Source: Octopus sinensis (Eukaryota). Taken from it: a stretch of 64,000 nucleotides of DNA. The stretch is taken from contig NC_043005.1 of the NCBI RefSeq assembly GCF_006345805.1, positions 13,516,001-13,580,000 on the forward strand. The letters run 5' to 3'. The position numbers were made by a program, and so were the translations under genes. This document shows positions 35,221 through 47,722 of this stretch, in pieces. How positions within the stretch are numbered: position 1 is the first letter of the stretch; each line of letters begins with the position of its first letter. The notes beneath the pieces were generated by a model, which was not told the origin of the DNA, searched no databases, and saw only the letters and a list, made by a program, of their open reading frames with translations.

Positions 35221-35259
35221 GGATTTAACGTTTCGAGCGGAGCTCTTCGTCAGAAACAT
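35221..35259 (-). ncRNA. Minimal hammerhead-like motif (family 2, copy 1)
   Basis: Minus strand GTTT-CTGACGA-A-GAGC TCC GCTC-GAAA-CGTT-AAAT, inside a ~190-bp repeat (35120-35312). Confidence 0.55.
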
Positions 35260-35532
35260 AGGAAGGGGAAAGATCCAAGGAAGGGAAGATGGAGGAAAAA
35301 AAAATCGCCAACGATATATATATATACATATATATGTGAACAATACAATAGATACCAGATACAAAAAATGTAAGTACTGGAATCAATCTGTTCAACTAAA
35401 GAAAAAAAAAAACATTCCAAGGTAGAGGCCCAACAAGGTTGTATTCCAATGACTAAAATAAGTCATAGATAAAAGGTATAAAATTTATATGGACAGAAGT
35501 AAGACCAAATGATGAAGAGTTTTATTTAGTTA

Positions 35533-36044
35533 CTAGCAGTATCGCCCGGCGTTGCTCGGGTTTGTAAGGGAAATAACTATATAAGCATTTTTAGAGAGTT
35601 ACTTCCTTTATAGATGCCAATTCGGGCTTTCTTAGCCATTTCTGTTTTGGTGTCTTCAAGCCATGAAGTCGTTGTTCTAAAAGAACGCTGGTCTCCTTGA
35701 CAACGCTTTACGACGTTGATTTCCATACACTCCATTCCCCACAGCTTCACGAGGGAGGAAGAAGGGGGAGAAGCAAACACAGGTGCAGGGTGTTTGAGCG
35801 TGGACGCAACTCCGCCGCCATCGACACACGAAAAATTAGCATTAAATGGAAAAAAAATGATGTTAAATTATTTTTAAAATCGTAGATCATCGTAGATGCG
35901 CGCTAATAGCCAGACGGGCTCGATATTAATCACGACTATAAGATACCCGAATTTGGTTAAACTGCACCGCAAAATGTGGGAGGAGTTAGGAATCTAAATC
36001 GTAGGAGACAGACACTCACACAACTACAGTTTTATATATATAGA
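35533..36044 (-). mobile_element. Non-autonomous Helitron H1 with an extra ~230-bp internal segment
   Basis: Same termini, A|T target; unique interior at about 35605-35830. Confidence 0.85.
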
Positions 36045-36339
36045 TGTTCTGTCCCATCGTGGAAAAATGTCTTTTACCATAGCCTCAGATTATTGTAAGT
36101 CAAATTGCATAGATGGAAAATGGAAACTATGTAGAAGCCCACTAAATGGGTTGTATCTGTATTTTGAAAGTCTTGCCTTGTAATATACTGCATCATTATT
36201 ATTCACCCAAAGGATTACATTAAAATAATGGCATAAATGTCTGTGGAATACTCAACAACTTTTTCATAAATTTAATTAGTAGATAGATTGTTATGTTGAT
36301 CAAACAGCAGGATACTCAGGCTGAAATACACAAAGGATT

Positions 36340-36354
36340 CTTGGTCATCATCAT

Positions 36355-36385
<31 letters not shown>

Positions 36386-36414
36386 CACATATATATATAT
36401 ACAGACACACACAC

Positions 36415-36472
<58 letters not shown>

Positions 36473-36725
36473 TATATATATTATATATTATAGTTATATA
36501 TATATACAATATATATTATATATATATATACATATATATATATATAGATATATAGATATATACATATATATTATATATATATACAATATATTATACATAT
36601 ATATATACATATATATATACATATATATCATATATATATACATATATATATACATACATATATACATATATATATACATATATATACATACATATACACA
36701 TACATATATACACATACATATATAC

Positions 36726-36772
<47 letters not shown>

Positions 36773-37095
36773 ATATATATATACACTATATATATATATA
36801 TATACACATATATACATACTATATATTATATAATATACATATATATACATACATATATATATATACATACATATATATATACAACATATATAATACATAC
36901 ATATATATACATCCATATATATATATATATATACATATATATATACACACATATATATACATATATATAATATACATATATATATATACATACATATATA
37001 TATACATACATATATATATATATACATACATACATATATACATAATATATATATACATACATACATATATACATACATATATATATAATATATAC

Positions 37096-37130
<35 letters not shown>

Positions 37131-37384
37131 CATACATATATATACATATATATATATATACATAATATATACATATACATACATATATATACATATATAT
37201 ATACATACATATATATATACATATATATACATACATATATATATACATATATATACATACATATATATATACATATATATACATACATATATATACATAT
37301 ATATACATACATATATATATACATATATATATATACATATATATCATATATTATATGTATATATATATACACATATACATATAC

Positions 37385-37430
<46 letters not shown>

Positions 37431-37481
37431 CATATATATATATACATATATATATACATATATATTACTTATATATATACA

Positions 37482-37512
<31 letters not shown>

Positions 37513-37700
37513 CACATATATTATATATACATATATATATACATATATATATACTTATATATATACATATATATTAATATACATAATATATACATAATAT
37601 ATATATATATATACATATAGACATACATATCCATGTGTGTGTGTGTATACATATACATCCATATATGTATATATAAAATGTGTGCGCGTGCATATGTGTG
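36340..37700. repeat. ~1.35-kb compound (TA)n/(TACA)n microsatellite
   Basis: Directly visible. Confidence 0.95.
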
Positions 37701-38549
37701 AGTGCGTATACATGCAAGTAACATTAAAATACTATAATTTCACACGGCAACTTTGAACATGTTCGGATATACAGAATACAAACAAAAGACTTAGGACTTT
37801 CTACAAAGCCAAATTTCGCACATGATTGTGAATGAGATGCAGTAATCCTGAACTTTTCTTTGAACAGCTGTGTTAAGATCATTGATTGTTAGAGATTGCA
37901 TCCCACTGATCTTTGCAAAATAAATTATCTCTAGGTCTCTCAGTTGAGTGGTTGTGTGTCACAGAGTATAGATTACCCAGCCTAATGTGCTTAACACTTA
38001 AATAAACACAGCTTGTAGGATGCACATTAACATTAAAAATATACAAGCATTCATAATGTAATTTATCTGTTTGCCTATCTGTCAGCTTATCTATTTAGCT
38101 AGCTGTCGTACTGTTTGTCAATTGATCAGTAAATCTATCAAAGGACGCATCTTCATTTTGTTTGTGTAAACTCTAGTGCTTTCTAGATGAATGATACCAA
38201 CTTTTCCCCCACCGAGTGCTGAAATTATAATGGTTCTAGATGGAAAGTTGATTGATGAAATGGGTTTATACATTTGTCTTTTTGTCCTTTCTATTAGTTG
38301 TTGTATATATTAGTTGTGTAAGATGAACAATGCATGAAGATTTAAGGAAATGTTTATTTACCGTTACATTACAATACCTTGCCTCGATGGGCAGGTTCAT
38401 AAATCGAAAAGCATGCGATGGATAGACGCGGTAGAATGTTTCATTACATAGTTTGCTACAGTATACGAATAGTTAGTAGTAATTACAGAGAGAGATAGAA
38501 TGATGTAAGAGAACAGAATTAGAGCTAGAGAGAATGGTAGGGTTTTGTC

Positions 38550-39590
38550 TCACACTTGCCTTCTCCCTCTGACCAAGGTTGGTCAGCCAGACCTCGTTGA
38601 GTCTTCACGATGTGACCGACTGATTTTTGCTTGGGATGTGCTTGCTTTTATAACTATCCAGAAGGATAGATATATCATTGAGAACAATAGATTTAGTTGG
38701 TGGTCTTGTTATCTATTTTAGCCTTTGGTGAAGTAGAAGAGGTTAGAAAGGGTCAAGTGGTGAAGACATTATTTTGGCCAGCTAAAGGCATCTGGAAAAT
38801 GTAATAATTGCTGTTAGAGAAAAAACATTGTTCCACCATGGGAAAAGTTTTGTAGCAGTGTTGATTTAAATTTGGCTATGGTGGATCGAATCCACTTCAT
38901 GTATGCAAGATTCGCTACACATTCATTCTGGGGTCTTTGACATCATGTTTGCCTCATATACGACAGTACTTGTGTTGCATTCATTGTTAAGTGAACATGT
39001 GGCCTTGCTTCAGCATGAGCATTCTGTCTCTATCTCAGAGTTATACTGTATTGTATAAATATTTGTATACTTAGATAGCTTCTGGTTAGTATTGGCCCAG
39101 GTCACAGCTAACTTTGAGCCTACCTAACAAGACTTTATTTATACTAGGTGCACTGCTGAAAGAAACCCTTTTTTGTGAGTCTGTGTATTTGGAGAAAGTG
39201 TTTAACCAAAGAAAATATCGAACCTACCCAAATTTTAGCATTCAGGGAGGAACTGCAAAACTTTTTGATGTTTTCTCTTGGTAGGGTTAGAGTCAGGTGT
39301 GTAAACAATCCTATCCTTAAATTCACTGTGGTCAGGGTCTCACTGTAGGACAGTGCTGCAGCATATAAAGTTTCATTTGACTCTCTTTATTAGGATTCTG
39401 AACACTATGGCTTGATGACAAGCAGCTGTCGTTAATATATCTCAGCCTCTAGTTCAGTTTTCTAAAGGGCTTATAAGCACTAGTTTCTAAGGTCACATTT
39501 AGAAAATCAACCAACATCAGGTTAGTTTCTAATGGTTCTTAATACTAGTGAAATCTAGCACTCTGTATAACAAATCCCTTGACATAAACA
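38550..39590 (-). mobile_element. Degenerate Penelope-like element (RT C-terminus plus GIY-YIG endonuclease)
   Basis: VDFLNVTLETSAYKPFRKLN*RLRYIN near 39430-39515 and TCSLNNECNTSTVVYEA near 38945-39000; many stops and frameshifts. Confidence 0.7.
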
Positions 39591-39599
39591 GGTGAAATA

Positions 39600-39990
39600 C
39601 CTCTAAATCAAATTATGTATATTTGGCTCTGCCTCTGTGTATTGGTTTTTAAACCTCATTGGAATTGCACCAGTGGTCATGCAGAAAGATATAGGCACAA
39701 TAGAAAGTCCCTTCAAATACAGACTTAACAACCATAAGTCCTTTTTTAATATTCAGGAAAGGTGAAATGTTACTGTCCTAGGTAAGTGTATATAGTCGTT
39801 GAAAGAAAGCACCATGGATTACAGCATCAAACTAGAGAGGTGCAAGCAACATCTAGTGAAGAGAACTATACTAAAGAACTCTCTTCACCTGGGTGCTGTC
39901 CTAAACTATAAGAGCAAGATTTTCCACTCATGCCCATATGAAAGAAAATGTATATAGCTAGCCCTTTCACCGTAAAAGCACTCAGACTCT
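39600..39990 (+). mobile_element. Penelope-like GIY-YIG endonuclease C-terminal fragment, inverted relative to its neighbour
   Basis: IGTIESPFKYRLNNHKSFFN from 39691, then KCI*SLKESTMDYSIKL and ..CPYERKC. Confidence 0.7.
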
Positions 39991-40184
39991 TGTGCAAGGA
40001 GCGTAACTAAAGATGAATTTCCTTCCGAACTTCTCCCACAAGCTTTTTGGTTCTAGTTCTTCACAACACCCACAAACCAGATGTGACACCCCTTGACCAC
40101 CAGCAGCAGAGAGCCATTACCATAATCTTCAAACCAGCCCTTCAGGTGAGTGCCAAGATTAGGTTTTCCTTTACTTTCTTTTAC

Positions 40185-40429
40185 TCTTTTACTCTTTTAC
40201 TTGTTTCAATTATTTGACTGCGGCCATGCTGGAGAACCGCCTTTAGTCGAGCAAATCGATCCCAGGACTTATTCTTTGTAAGTCTAGTACTTATTCTATC
40301 GGTCTCTTAAGCTGAAGCGCTAAGTTATGGGGATGTAAACACACCAGCACCGGTTGTCAAGCAATGTTGGGGGGGACAAACACAGACACACAAACATATA
40401 CACACACACACACATACATACACACACAC

Positions 40430-40486
<57 letters not shown>

Positions 40487-40646
40487 TACGACAGGCTTCT
40501 TTCAGTTTCCGTCTACCAAATCCACTCACAAGGCTTTGGTTGGCCTGAAGCTATAGCAGAAGACACTTGCCCAAGGTGCCATGCAGTAGGACTGAACCTA
40601 GAACCATGTGGTTGGTAAGCAAGTTACTTACCACACAGCCACTCCT
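40185..40646 (-). mobile_element. SINE A
   Basis: Family match. Confidence 0.85.
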
Positions 40647-40689
40647 CTCTAAATTTTATGTGTGAAACCGATAGTTGAATCAGATGAAA

Positions 40690-40960
40690 CAGATCTAAAA
40701 TGCTATATTGTATAAATATTTCTATGCTTAGATAGCTTTTGGTTAGTATTAGCTCAGGTGACAAATAACTTAATTGTACCACCTGAAGAAGACATTTAAT
40801 CATGTAGCATGTTACGTCATACTGTGGGCAACATAGACCATTTGAGTAAAGAATTATTGTTGGCAGAGATATATGTAGGCGTAGCTGGATTATCTGGGAT
40901 TTGTTGAAGGAATTCGCCCAAGAACCATTTGTCTGTTCTCTTATGTGTCTTGGCATGATG
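40690..40960 (-). mobile_element. Penelope-like fragment homologous to 39000-39130
   Basis: Shares (c/g)acctg.gc.aatactaacca.aagctatctaag.ata.aaatatttatacaata.ag with the neighbouring PLE. Confidence 0.5.
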
Positions 40961-41306
40961 CTAAAGAAATCAGAGTCAGGTGAGGTGAAAATTATTTTTG
41001 TTGTTGTTGTTATTGTAGCTATCATTTTATCAGCTTTTCTTCCAGCTCTTTATGTTCTGAGTTCAAATCTCATCAGGGTTAAATTTGCTTTCGTCCTTTT
41101 AGGGTCACTAAAATAAAGTACCAGTCAAGCACTGGGGTTGATGTAATCATCTAACCCTCTCCTACAAAAATTCCTAACTTTGTAACAAACAAATGAAAGA
41201 ACATTTTTTATTATTATTATTATCATTATTATAATTATTATTATTTTTATTATTATTATTATCATTATTATCATTATTATGATAATTATTATTATTATCA
41301 TTATTA

Positions 41307-41348
<42 letters not shown>

Positions 41349-41609
41349 TATTACCATAGTGAGGATGCATGGCCTACTGGTTAGGGTGTTGCACTCACGA
41401 TTGCGAGATCATAATTTCAATTTGTAGACTGGGTGGTACATTGTTCTTGAGCAAAACACTTCATCTCACTTTCCTCTGTGATCACTTCAATACCTGATGC
41501 ATGATACACAGTATACCTGTCCAGACAATGTCTATTTGATGGCAGGAGTGATCTAATGTGCAGCACATGCACTTGATCACTATAGACAGATCAGTTGTGC
41601 AGGTTGTTC

Positions 41610-42405
41610 AGATAAAGCTGAATACTTTGCAGATGATATAGTGCTACTTTCACAATCATATATAGCCAAATGCAAAATAAAACATCAAAATTAGAAGCAA
41701 TAGCTGCCAAACTAGGATTGAAAGTCAACCATGACAAATCAAAAATTATGTACGTTAATGAAGAAAACAGCGAATGTATTGAACTAGAAACCGGTGAACT
41801 AGAGGATGAAGCCGAGTTTACATATTTAGGTAGTAAGATAACGTTTTCAGGCGGCACCGATGAAGATATTAAGATGAGAATAAGTAAGGCAAGGACCGCT
41901 TTTCACCTGTTAAAAACAGGTATGGAGCGCAAGTGTAATTTCAATAAAGAACACAATAAGAATTTTTAACACTAACGTAAAAGCGGGATTATTGTATGGG
42001 GCTGAGACATGACAAACAACAGTTAAGTCAAATAAGCAAATACAATCATTCATCAACAGATGCTTGCGTAGTATACTTAAGATTAGATGGCCCCAACACA
42101 TAAGCAATGTGGAGCTATGGCAAAGAACAAATCAGGTTTCGATTAGGGAGCAAATATTTAAGAAAAAGTGGAACTGGATTGGTAGCACAATTAGAAAAGA
42201 CACACCAAATGTAGCGAAAAGTGCTTTACAGTGGAATCCAGATGGATATAGAAGGAGAGGTAGGCCTAAGAACTCGTGGCGGAGATCAACACAAAAGGAA
42301 CTAGAGAAAGGGGGACATTCATGGCAGAGAATAAGTACAGAAGCGAAAAATTATGCGACATGGAATTCAACTATAAGTGGCCTATACTCTGTGTTGGAGG
42401 GTTAA
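41610..42405 (+). mobile_element. 5'-truncated RTE-clade LINE reverse transcriptase remnant
   Basis: FADDIVLL..GLKVNHDKSK..FTYLGSKI..DEDIKMRISKARTAF..LYGAET..LKIRWPQHISNVELWQRT..WNWIG..WNPDGYRRRGRPKNSWRR; frameshifted. Confidence 0.88.
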
Positions 42406-42419
42406 AGGCAGAAGAAGAA

Positions 42420-42610
42420 GGTGGCACATAAAAAGCACCCACTACACTCACGGAGTGGTTGGCATTAAGAAGGGCATCCAGCTGTAGAAATACTGCCAGA
42501 TCTGACTGGCCTGGTGCAGCCTTCGGGTTTCCCAGACCCCAGTTGAACCATCCAACCCATGCTAGCATGGAAAGCAGGCGCTAAACGATAATGATGATGA
42601 TGATGATGAT
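42420..42610 (+). mobile_element. SINE D 3' part directly after the RTE LINE end
   Basis: Family match. Confidence 0.75.
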
Positions 42611-43416
42611 ATATATATATATACACGAGGGGTTGCTGAAAAGTCCCTGGCTTTGGGTAAAAGAAATTACAGAAGGATCATTTAATTATGATTTTATTCA
42701 ACATATTCCTCTCTCAGATTCACACACTTTTTGCAGAGGTCCTTCAGTTTTTCTAAGCCCTGTCTTTGACAGGAAAGTCCTTCATTATTATTATTACTAA
42801 GGCAGCAAGCTGACAGAATTGTGAGCATACCAGACAAAATGCTTAGCAGCATCTGAAATTCCACAGAAGTTGACTTTGCCTTTCACTCTTTCATAGTCAA
42901 AGAAGCAAGTACCAGTGGAGCATTGGTGTCGATGTAATTGACTAACCGCTTCCTCCAAAACTTCAAGCCTTGCGCCAACAGTAGAAAGCATTATTATTGA
43001 ACTAAGTAACTAGTTATGCTATTTCACCTTCTCACTGTTTAGAGTGATTCAAGGCTAAAATGTACAGGTTAAAAATTAAGATATGCTCTCTGAACTTTGA
43101 CACTGTATTGTTGTCAAGACAAGGAGGCTGTTTGGATTGGATAATGTTACTTTATCTTCACAAATTATTCACTGTTTCAATGTTTATTCTAACCCTGTCA
43201 TTTTTTCTTTCCTACACATTGTGTAGAAATTATACATTTTGTATTAAAATATACACACATCTGGATGAGTGTACTCAGGACAGTACTAATACAACTGATG
43301 TAATATTTTCACTATTACTCTCTTTTACTCTTTTACTTGTTTCAGTCATTTGACTGCGGCCATGCTGGAAGAATTGTCACAGTGTATTTACTATAACACA
43401 TACTATATAGTCACCT

Positions 43417-43453
<37 letters not shown>

Positions 43454-43619
43454 TAGTTATCGCCATACTAATATGGCAGTCTATAAATATAAGACTAAAG
43501 CTGTCGATGATTAGCTCCAAGAGGCCATCGCCTCTAGCTAGCTATATGACACACGAACCTGCGTCCATTACAACCTTCGAACAGGGGAGGTCAGCCGCTT
43601 CACCTTGCTAGTCAGACAT

Positions 43620-43660
43620 CTGCAGACATGTTTCAGGGTTGTTGTCCTTTATCAATGCAG
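43620..43660 (-). ncRNA. Degenerate minimal hammerhead-like motif
   Basis: CTGCA-TTGATAA-AGG..CCT-GAAA-CATG-TC-TGCAG: perfect 5-bp stem I, palindromic stem III, GUC triplet, two core substitutions. Confidence 0.5.
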
Positions 43661-44061
43661 CGTAGTCAGAACCAGCAGGTGACGCTACTGACCGTCTGCT
43701 CGAAGATTTTATTTACCTAGTTACATATATATATATTATCAATAATAATAAAGGGTAAAATTAATTAATTAATTAATTAATTAATAATTTTACCAAGTAG
43801 TTCCGTATGTTAAAAGAACCATTATCGGTAAACTTACACAAAAATTTTATAATTATGAGTATAATTATAATTAGGGTTCAGCAAAATTGGCTTCACCACA
43901 TACCGAAATTTAGAAATAGCAGTTAAACTACTATTCTACTACCATAAGATATCTCCCAGACAGCAACACTCAACAACTCACGCAGGTAAAGAGATGTTTG
44001 ATGACGCTTGGTCAGATACGTAGGTTAATTATCAGTGCTCTCAAATTTAAAATCTTGAAAT

Positions 44062-44144
44062 ACTGTATTGATGAAGAGAATCAGTGAGTAGAAATATGAT
44101 TTTACATTTTTCGCAATTCTCTAACTCCGAAACACGTATACAGT
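44062..44144 (+). ncRNA. Degenerate hammerhead-like motif with long stem II
   Basis: ACTGTA-TTGATGA-AGAGAAT..ATTCTCT-AACTCC-GAAA-CACG-TA-TACAGT: 6-bp stem I, GUA triplet, C3 replaced by T. Confidence 0.5.
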
Positions 44145-44344
44145 TAATCAGAGCCAGGTGGTTTCATCATTTTTTTTTTCTTTTTACCTGCGTGAGTTGT
44201 TGAGTATTGCTGTCTGGGAGATATCTTACGGTAGTAGAATAGTAGTTTAACTGCTATTTCTAAATTTCGGTATGTGGTGAAGCCAATTTTGCTGAACCTT
44301 AATTATGATTATACTCATAATTACAGAATTTATATCTCCCTTTA

Positions 44345-44703
44345 TTCTCTTTTACTTGTTTCAGTCATTTGACTGTGGCCATGCTGGAGCACCACCTTTT
44401 TAGTTGAGCAAATCGACCCCATGACTTATTCTTTGTAAGCCTAGTACTTATTCTATCGGACTCTTTTGCCGAACCTCTAAGTTATGGGGACGTAAACACA
44501 CCAGCATCGGTTGTCAAACGATGTTGGGGGGACAAACACAGACACACAAACGCATATATATATAAATATACATATATACGACAGGCTTCTTTCAGTTTCC
44601 GTCTACCAAATCCACTCACAAGGCTTTGGTCGGCCAGAGGCTATAGTAGAAGACACTTGCCCAAGGTGCCATGCAGTGGGACTGAACCCGGAACCATGTG
44701 GTT
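44345..44703 (-). mobile_element. SINE A
   Basis: Family match. Confidence 0.85.
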
Positions 44704-44789
44704 CATATATATATATCCCAAAAAATGTACACAGAGCTATGACTGTGTAGTCACTATACACACATAACTAAGACATTATAATCACTAAA

Positions 44790-45010
44790 TGAAGGGGTAC
44801 TGAAAAGTTCCTGACTTTAAGGGTTTTGTGAAAGGCCTGGTTGGAAGCCCAACCTTCAGAGTTTTTTTTTTACAGGGCTTAGAAAAACTGAAGGACCTCT
44901 GCAGAAAGTGTGTGAATCTGAGAGAGGAATATATTGAATAAAATCATAATTAACTGATCCTTCTGTAATTTCTTTTAACTAAAGCCAGGGACTTTTCAGC
45001 AACCCCTCGT
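44790..45010. mobile_element. mariner-type MITE
   Basis: TIR ..GAGGGG..CTGAAAAGTTCC; related copies at 45520-45746 and 42623-42770 (partial). Confidence 0.75.
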
Positions 45011-45018
45011 GTATATAT

Positions 45019-45063
<45 letters not shown>

Positions 45064-45519
45064 ATATTAGGGAGTATATCCAAACTTACAGGGAAAAATT
45101 AGATTTAGGATTAAATCAAATTTCACAGTATAAATATAAATTAAATTAGAGATAAAACCACTATTAGGCAACTCATACTTATTATATTATATTTAACTTT
45201 TTTATACTTTTTATACTTCTTGGTTAGTTTTTAAAAAAAATTATAAATAAAAATTATAGTTTAAAAATATAAAAAATATAATAATTTATAAATATAAATT
45301 TTAAAATTTCAAATTTTAATAATTTAAATTTTAAATTTTATATATATTGTATATTATATTAATTATTTTTTGTTTTTATGTTTTGGTTTATGTCTATCAC
45401 TGTTTGAGTTGCCTAATAGTGGTTTTATCTCTAATTTAATTTATATATATATATATATATATATATATCTTTTCTACATATCTTAATATATATATATATA
45501 TATATACACACACATATAT

Positions 45520-45746
45520 GGTATACTGAAAAGTTCCAGGCTTTAAGGGTATCGTGAAAGGCCTGTTTGGAAGCCCAACTTTCTGAGTTCTCTTTCAGGG
45601 CTTGGAAAAACTGAAGGACCTTTGCAGTAAGGGTGTGAATCTGAGAAAGGAATATGTCGAATAAAATCATAATTAACTGATCGTCCTGTATTTGTATTTT
45701 CTTTTACCTAACCCAAAGCCAGAAACTTTTCAGCACACCCCTCATA
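45520..45746. mobile_element. mariner-type MITE (inverted relative to 44790)
   Basis: CTGAAAAGTTCCAGG...AACTTTTCAGCACACCCCTCATA. Confidence 0.7.
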
Positions 45747-45959
45747 CACACACAACTGTTACACTGTATTCACTATACACATACAATAGTACCAATTTAT
45801 GCACAATACATATACAATAGTACCAGTGTACTAGCTACACAAACACAAATGTGGCTGTGTACTAACTATGATCTCTCTCTCTCCTAGAGTAATGTACTCA
45901 CTCGCTTTCTCTCACTACACATATCTAGAACAGTATAACCTTTATACTGGATCTCTGTC

Positions 45960-46270
45960 GGATACGATGTTGAGGGTTCCAGTTGATTTAATCAGTGGAA
46001 CAGCCAGCGAATTAAATTAACGTGCAAGTGGCTGAGCACTCCACAGACGTGTTCCCTTAACATAGTTCTGAGGGAGATTCAGCATGATATAGAATGTGAC
46101 AAAGCTGGCCCTTTGAAATACTGGTCCAACTTATTTTTGCCAGCTGAGTGAACTAGAGCAATGGGAAATAAAGTGTCTTGCCCAAGGTCACAATAGATTG
46201 CCATGAATTGAACTCATGACCTTACGATCATGAGCCAAATACCCCTAACCACTAAGCCACATACCTTCAC
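45960..46270 (-). mobile_element. SINE C, diverged
   Basis: Reverse match to 61976-62303. Confidence 0.7.
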
Positions 46271-46432
46271 ATAACCTTTATACACATCGATATTGAATAG
46301 TGTATACATGAGCACACACATACACACACACATTTACAAAAGTATACATAATCGATTGCAAGTAACATTCTGATATAATCTGCCAGCTTTTCTTGACACC
46401 TAGATAGAGAGAGAGAGTGTATATTAAATTCC

Positions 46433-46783
46433 GTTGTGTCTGGGGAGAGTCATTTGCTTTTTGTGCCTTATAATGTAACACACTCACCGGTAAAATTTCC
46501 ACTTATTTCTTATTTTTATTTTCCTAAAATTTTCGTTGCTTCTGGCAACCTTTTCAATAGTCTTGATTCTGTCCGTTAATTCAGAGTCAAGACTATTGAA
46601 AAGGTTGCAAGATGCAACGGAAATTTTAGGAAAATAAAAATAAGAAATAAGTGGAAATTTTACCGGTGAGTGTGTTACATTATAAGGCATAAAAAGAAAA
46701 TGACTCTCCCCAGACACAACAAAATATGCTTCAACACACAAACTCATATAAAGAATCTTGCAAACCAAATCCCAAAACGAAAT
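46433..46783. repeat. Foldback element with ~135-bp arms plus a unique tail
   Basis: GTTGTGTCTGGGGAGAGTCA...TGACTCTCCCCAGACACAAC; internally deleted copy at 3559-3783. Confidence 0.8.
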
Positions 46784-47722
46784 GTATATTAAATGTTTTT
46801 CTGAAATTATTAAATAACTGAGTCCAAATATTGCTAAGATTGTCAATTGTCAGAACTAATTAATCTCATCTTTAGAGATGGTAAAATGTTTAAAATTTAC
46901 ATCTACATCAAGGATAAAGTACTCAATACATAGTAACATATGTATTTTGATGTACTCACCAAACACACATTTAGGATAGTGCAACCTCTACATGCACATT
47001 TGGAACAGAACACCCATTATATTTTACACATATATCTGGAATGATACACATGTACACATACATGTGCATGTACACACACATATGCACACATATACATTCA
47101 ATGATGCACATGTGGTGTAGATGGAGCATTATCCTACAAGCATGTCAGATAGTGTACTTAAATTCACACATGCACTCATTTGCACACTGATATATACACA
47201 CATACCGAAACATACACCTGTACACATGCACTCCAATTTATAAATACAAATAGCCATACACCATACAGTCTAGACTTCATAGCAAAAAAAAACAAAAACA
47301 AAAAAACTACCTATGTGTCCAACAAATCCTTGGATTCTTCAGGGTATAACAACCACAGACACACCATCAAGTTTTGTCCTCTCTAAGCCTCTTGTTCTGT
47401 TGTTAAAATGACCTGTACTTCCTTTCATTTATGATGACTTTAACTCAGGGGTCGGAGAACGGGGGTAAATTACCTCAAGTGTGGTAAAAATGAAATTCTT
47501 GCAGGGAATGAGGACTCTTTAGATATAAGTAAAATTATATTAAATGAAAATGTGTTCCTTGTAAGGACAGAATTTTTTTCTTCTGGCCTGCGGAGGCAAT
47601 CAAAAAGTTGCTACTTTTTGCAACAGCCTACCTTTGCAAAGAAGGGTTTTCCACTCTAATGAACATAGAAACAAAGCCGAGAAATCAATTGGACTCAGAA
47701 GACTGTATCCAAATTGCTCCAA

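Noticed and set aside
36293-37724. Many long Y/I/M/C/V/H-rich ORFs (also 48727-49782, 53427-54062, 55319-55696)
   Set aside because: Translations of (TA)n, (TACA)n and (TG)n microsatellites.
46575-46650. GTTGC-loop-GCAAC-GAAA motif in the fold-back element
   Set aside because: No CUGANGA box and no convincing stem I; noted only as something to test on the family consensus.
46960-47035. Minus-strand segment with good acceptor and GGTGAGT donor
   Set aside because: Stop codons in all three frames; at most a non-coding or poison exon, with no evidence available.
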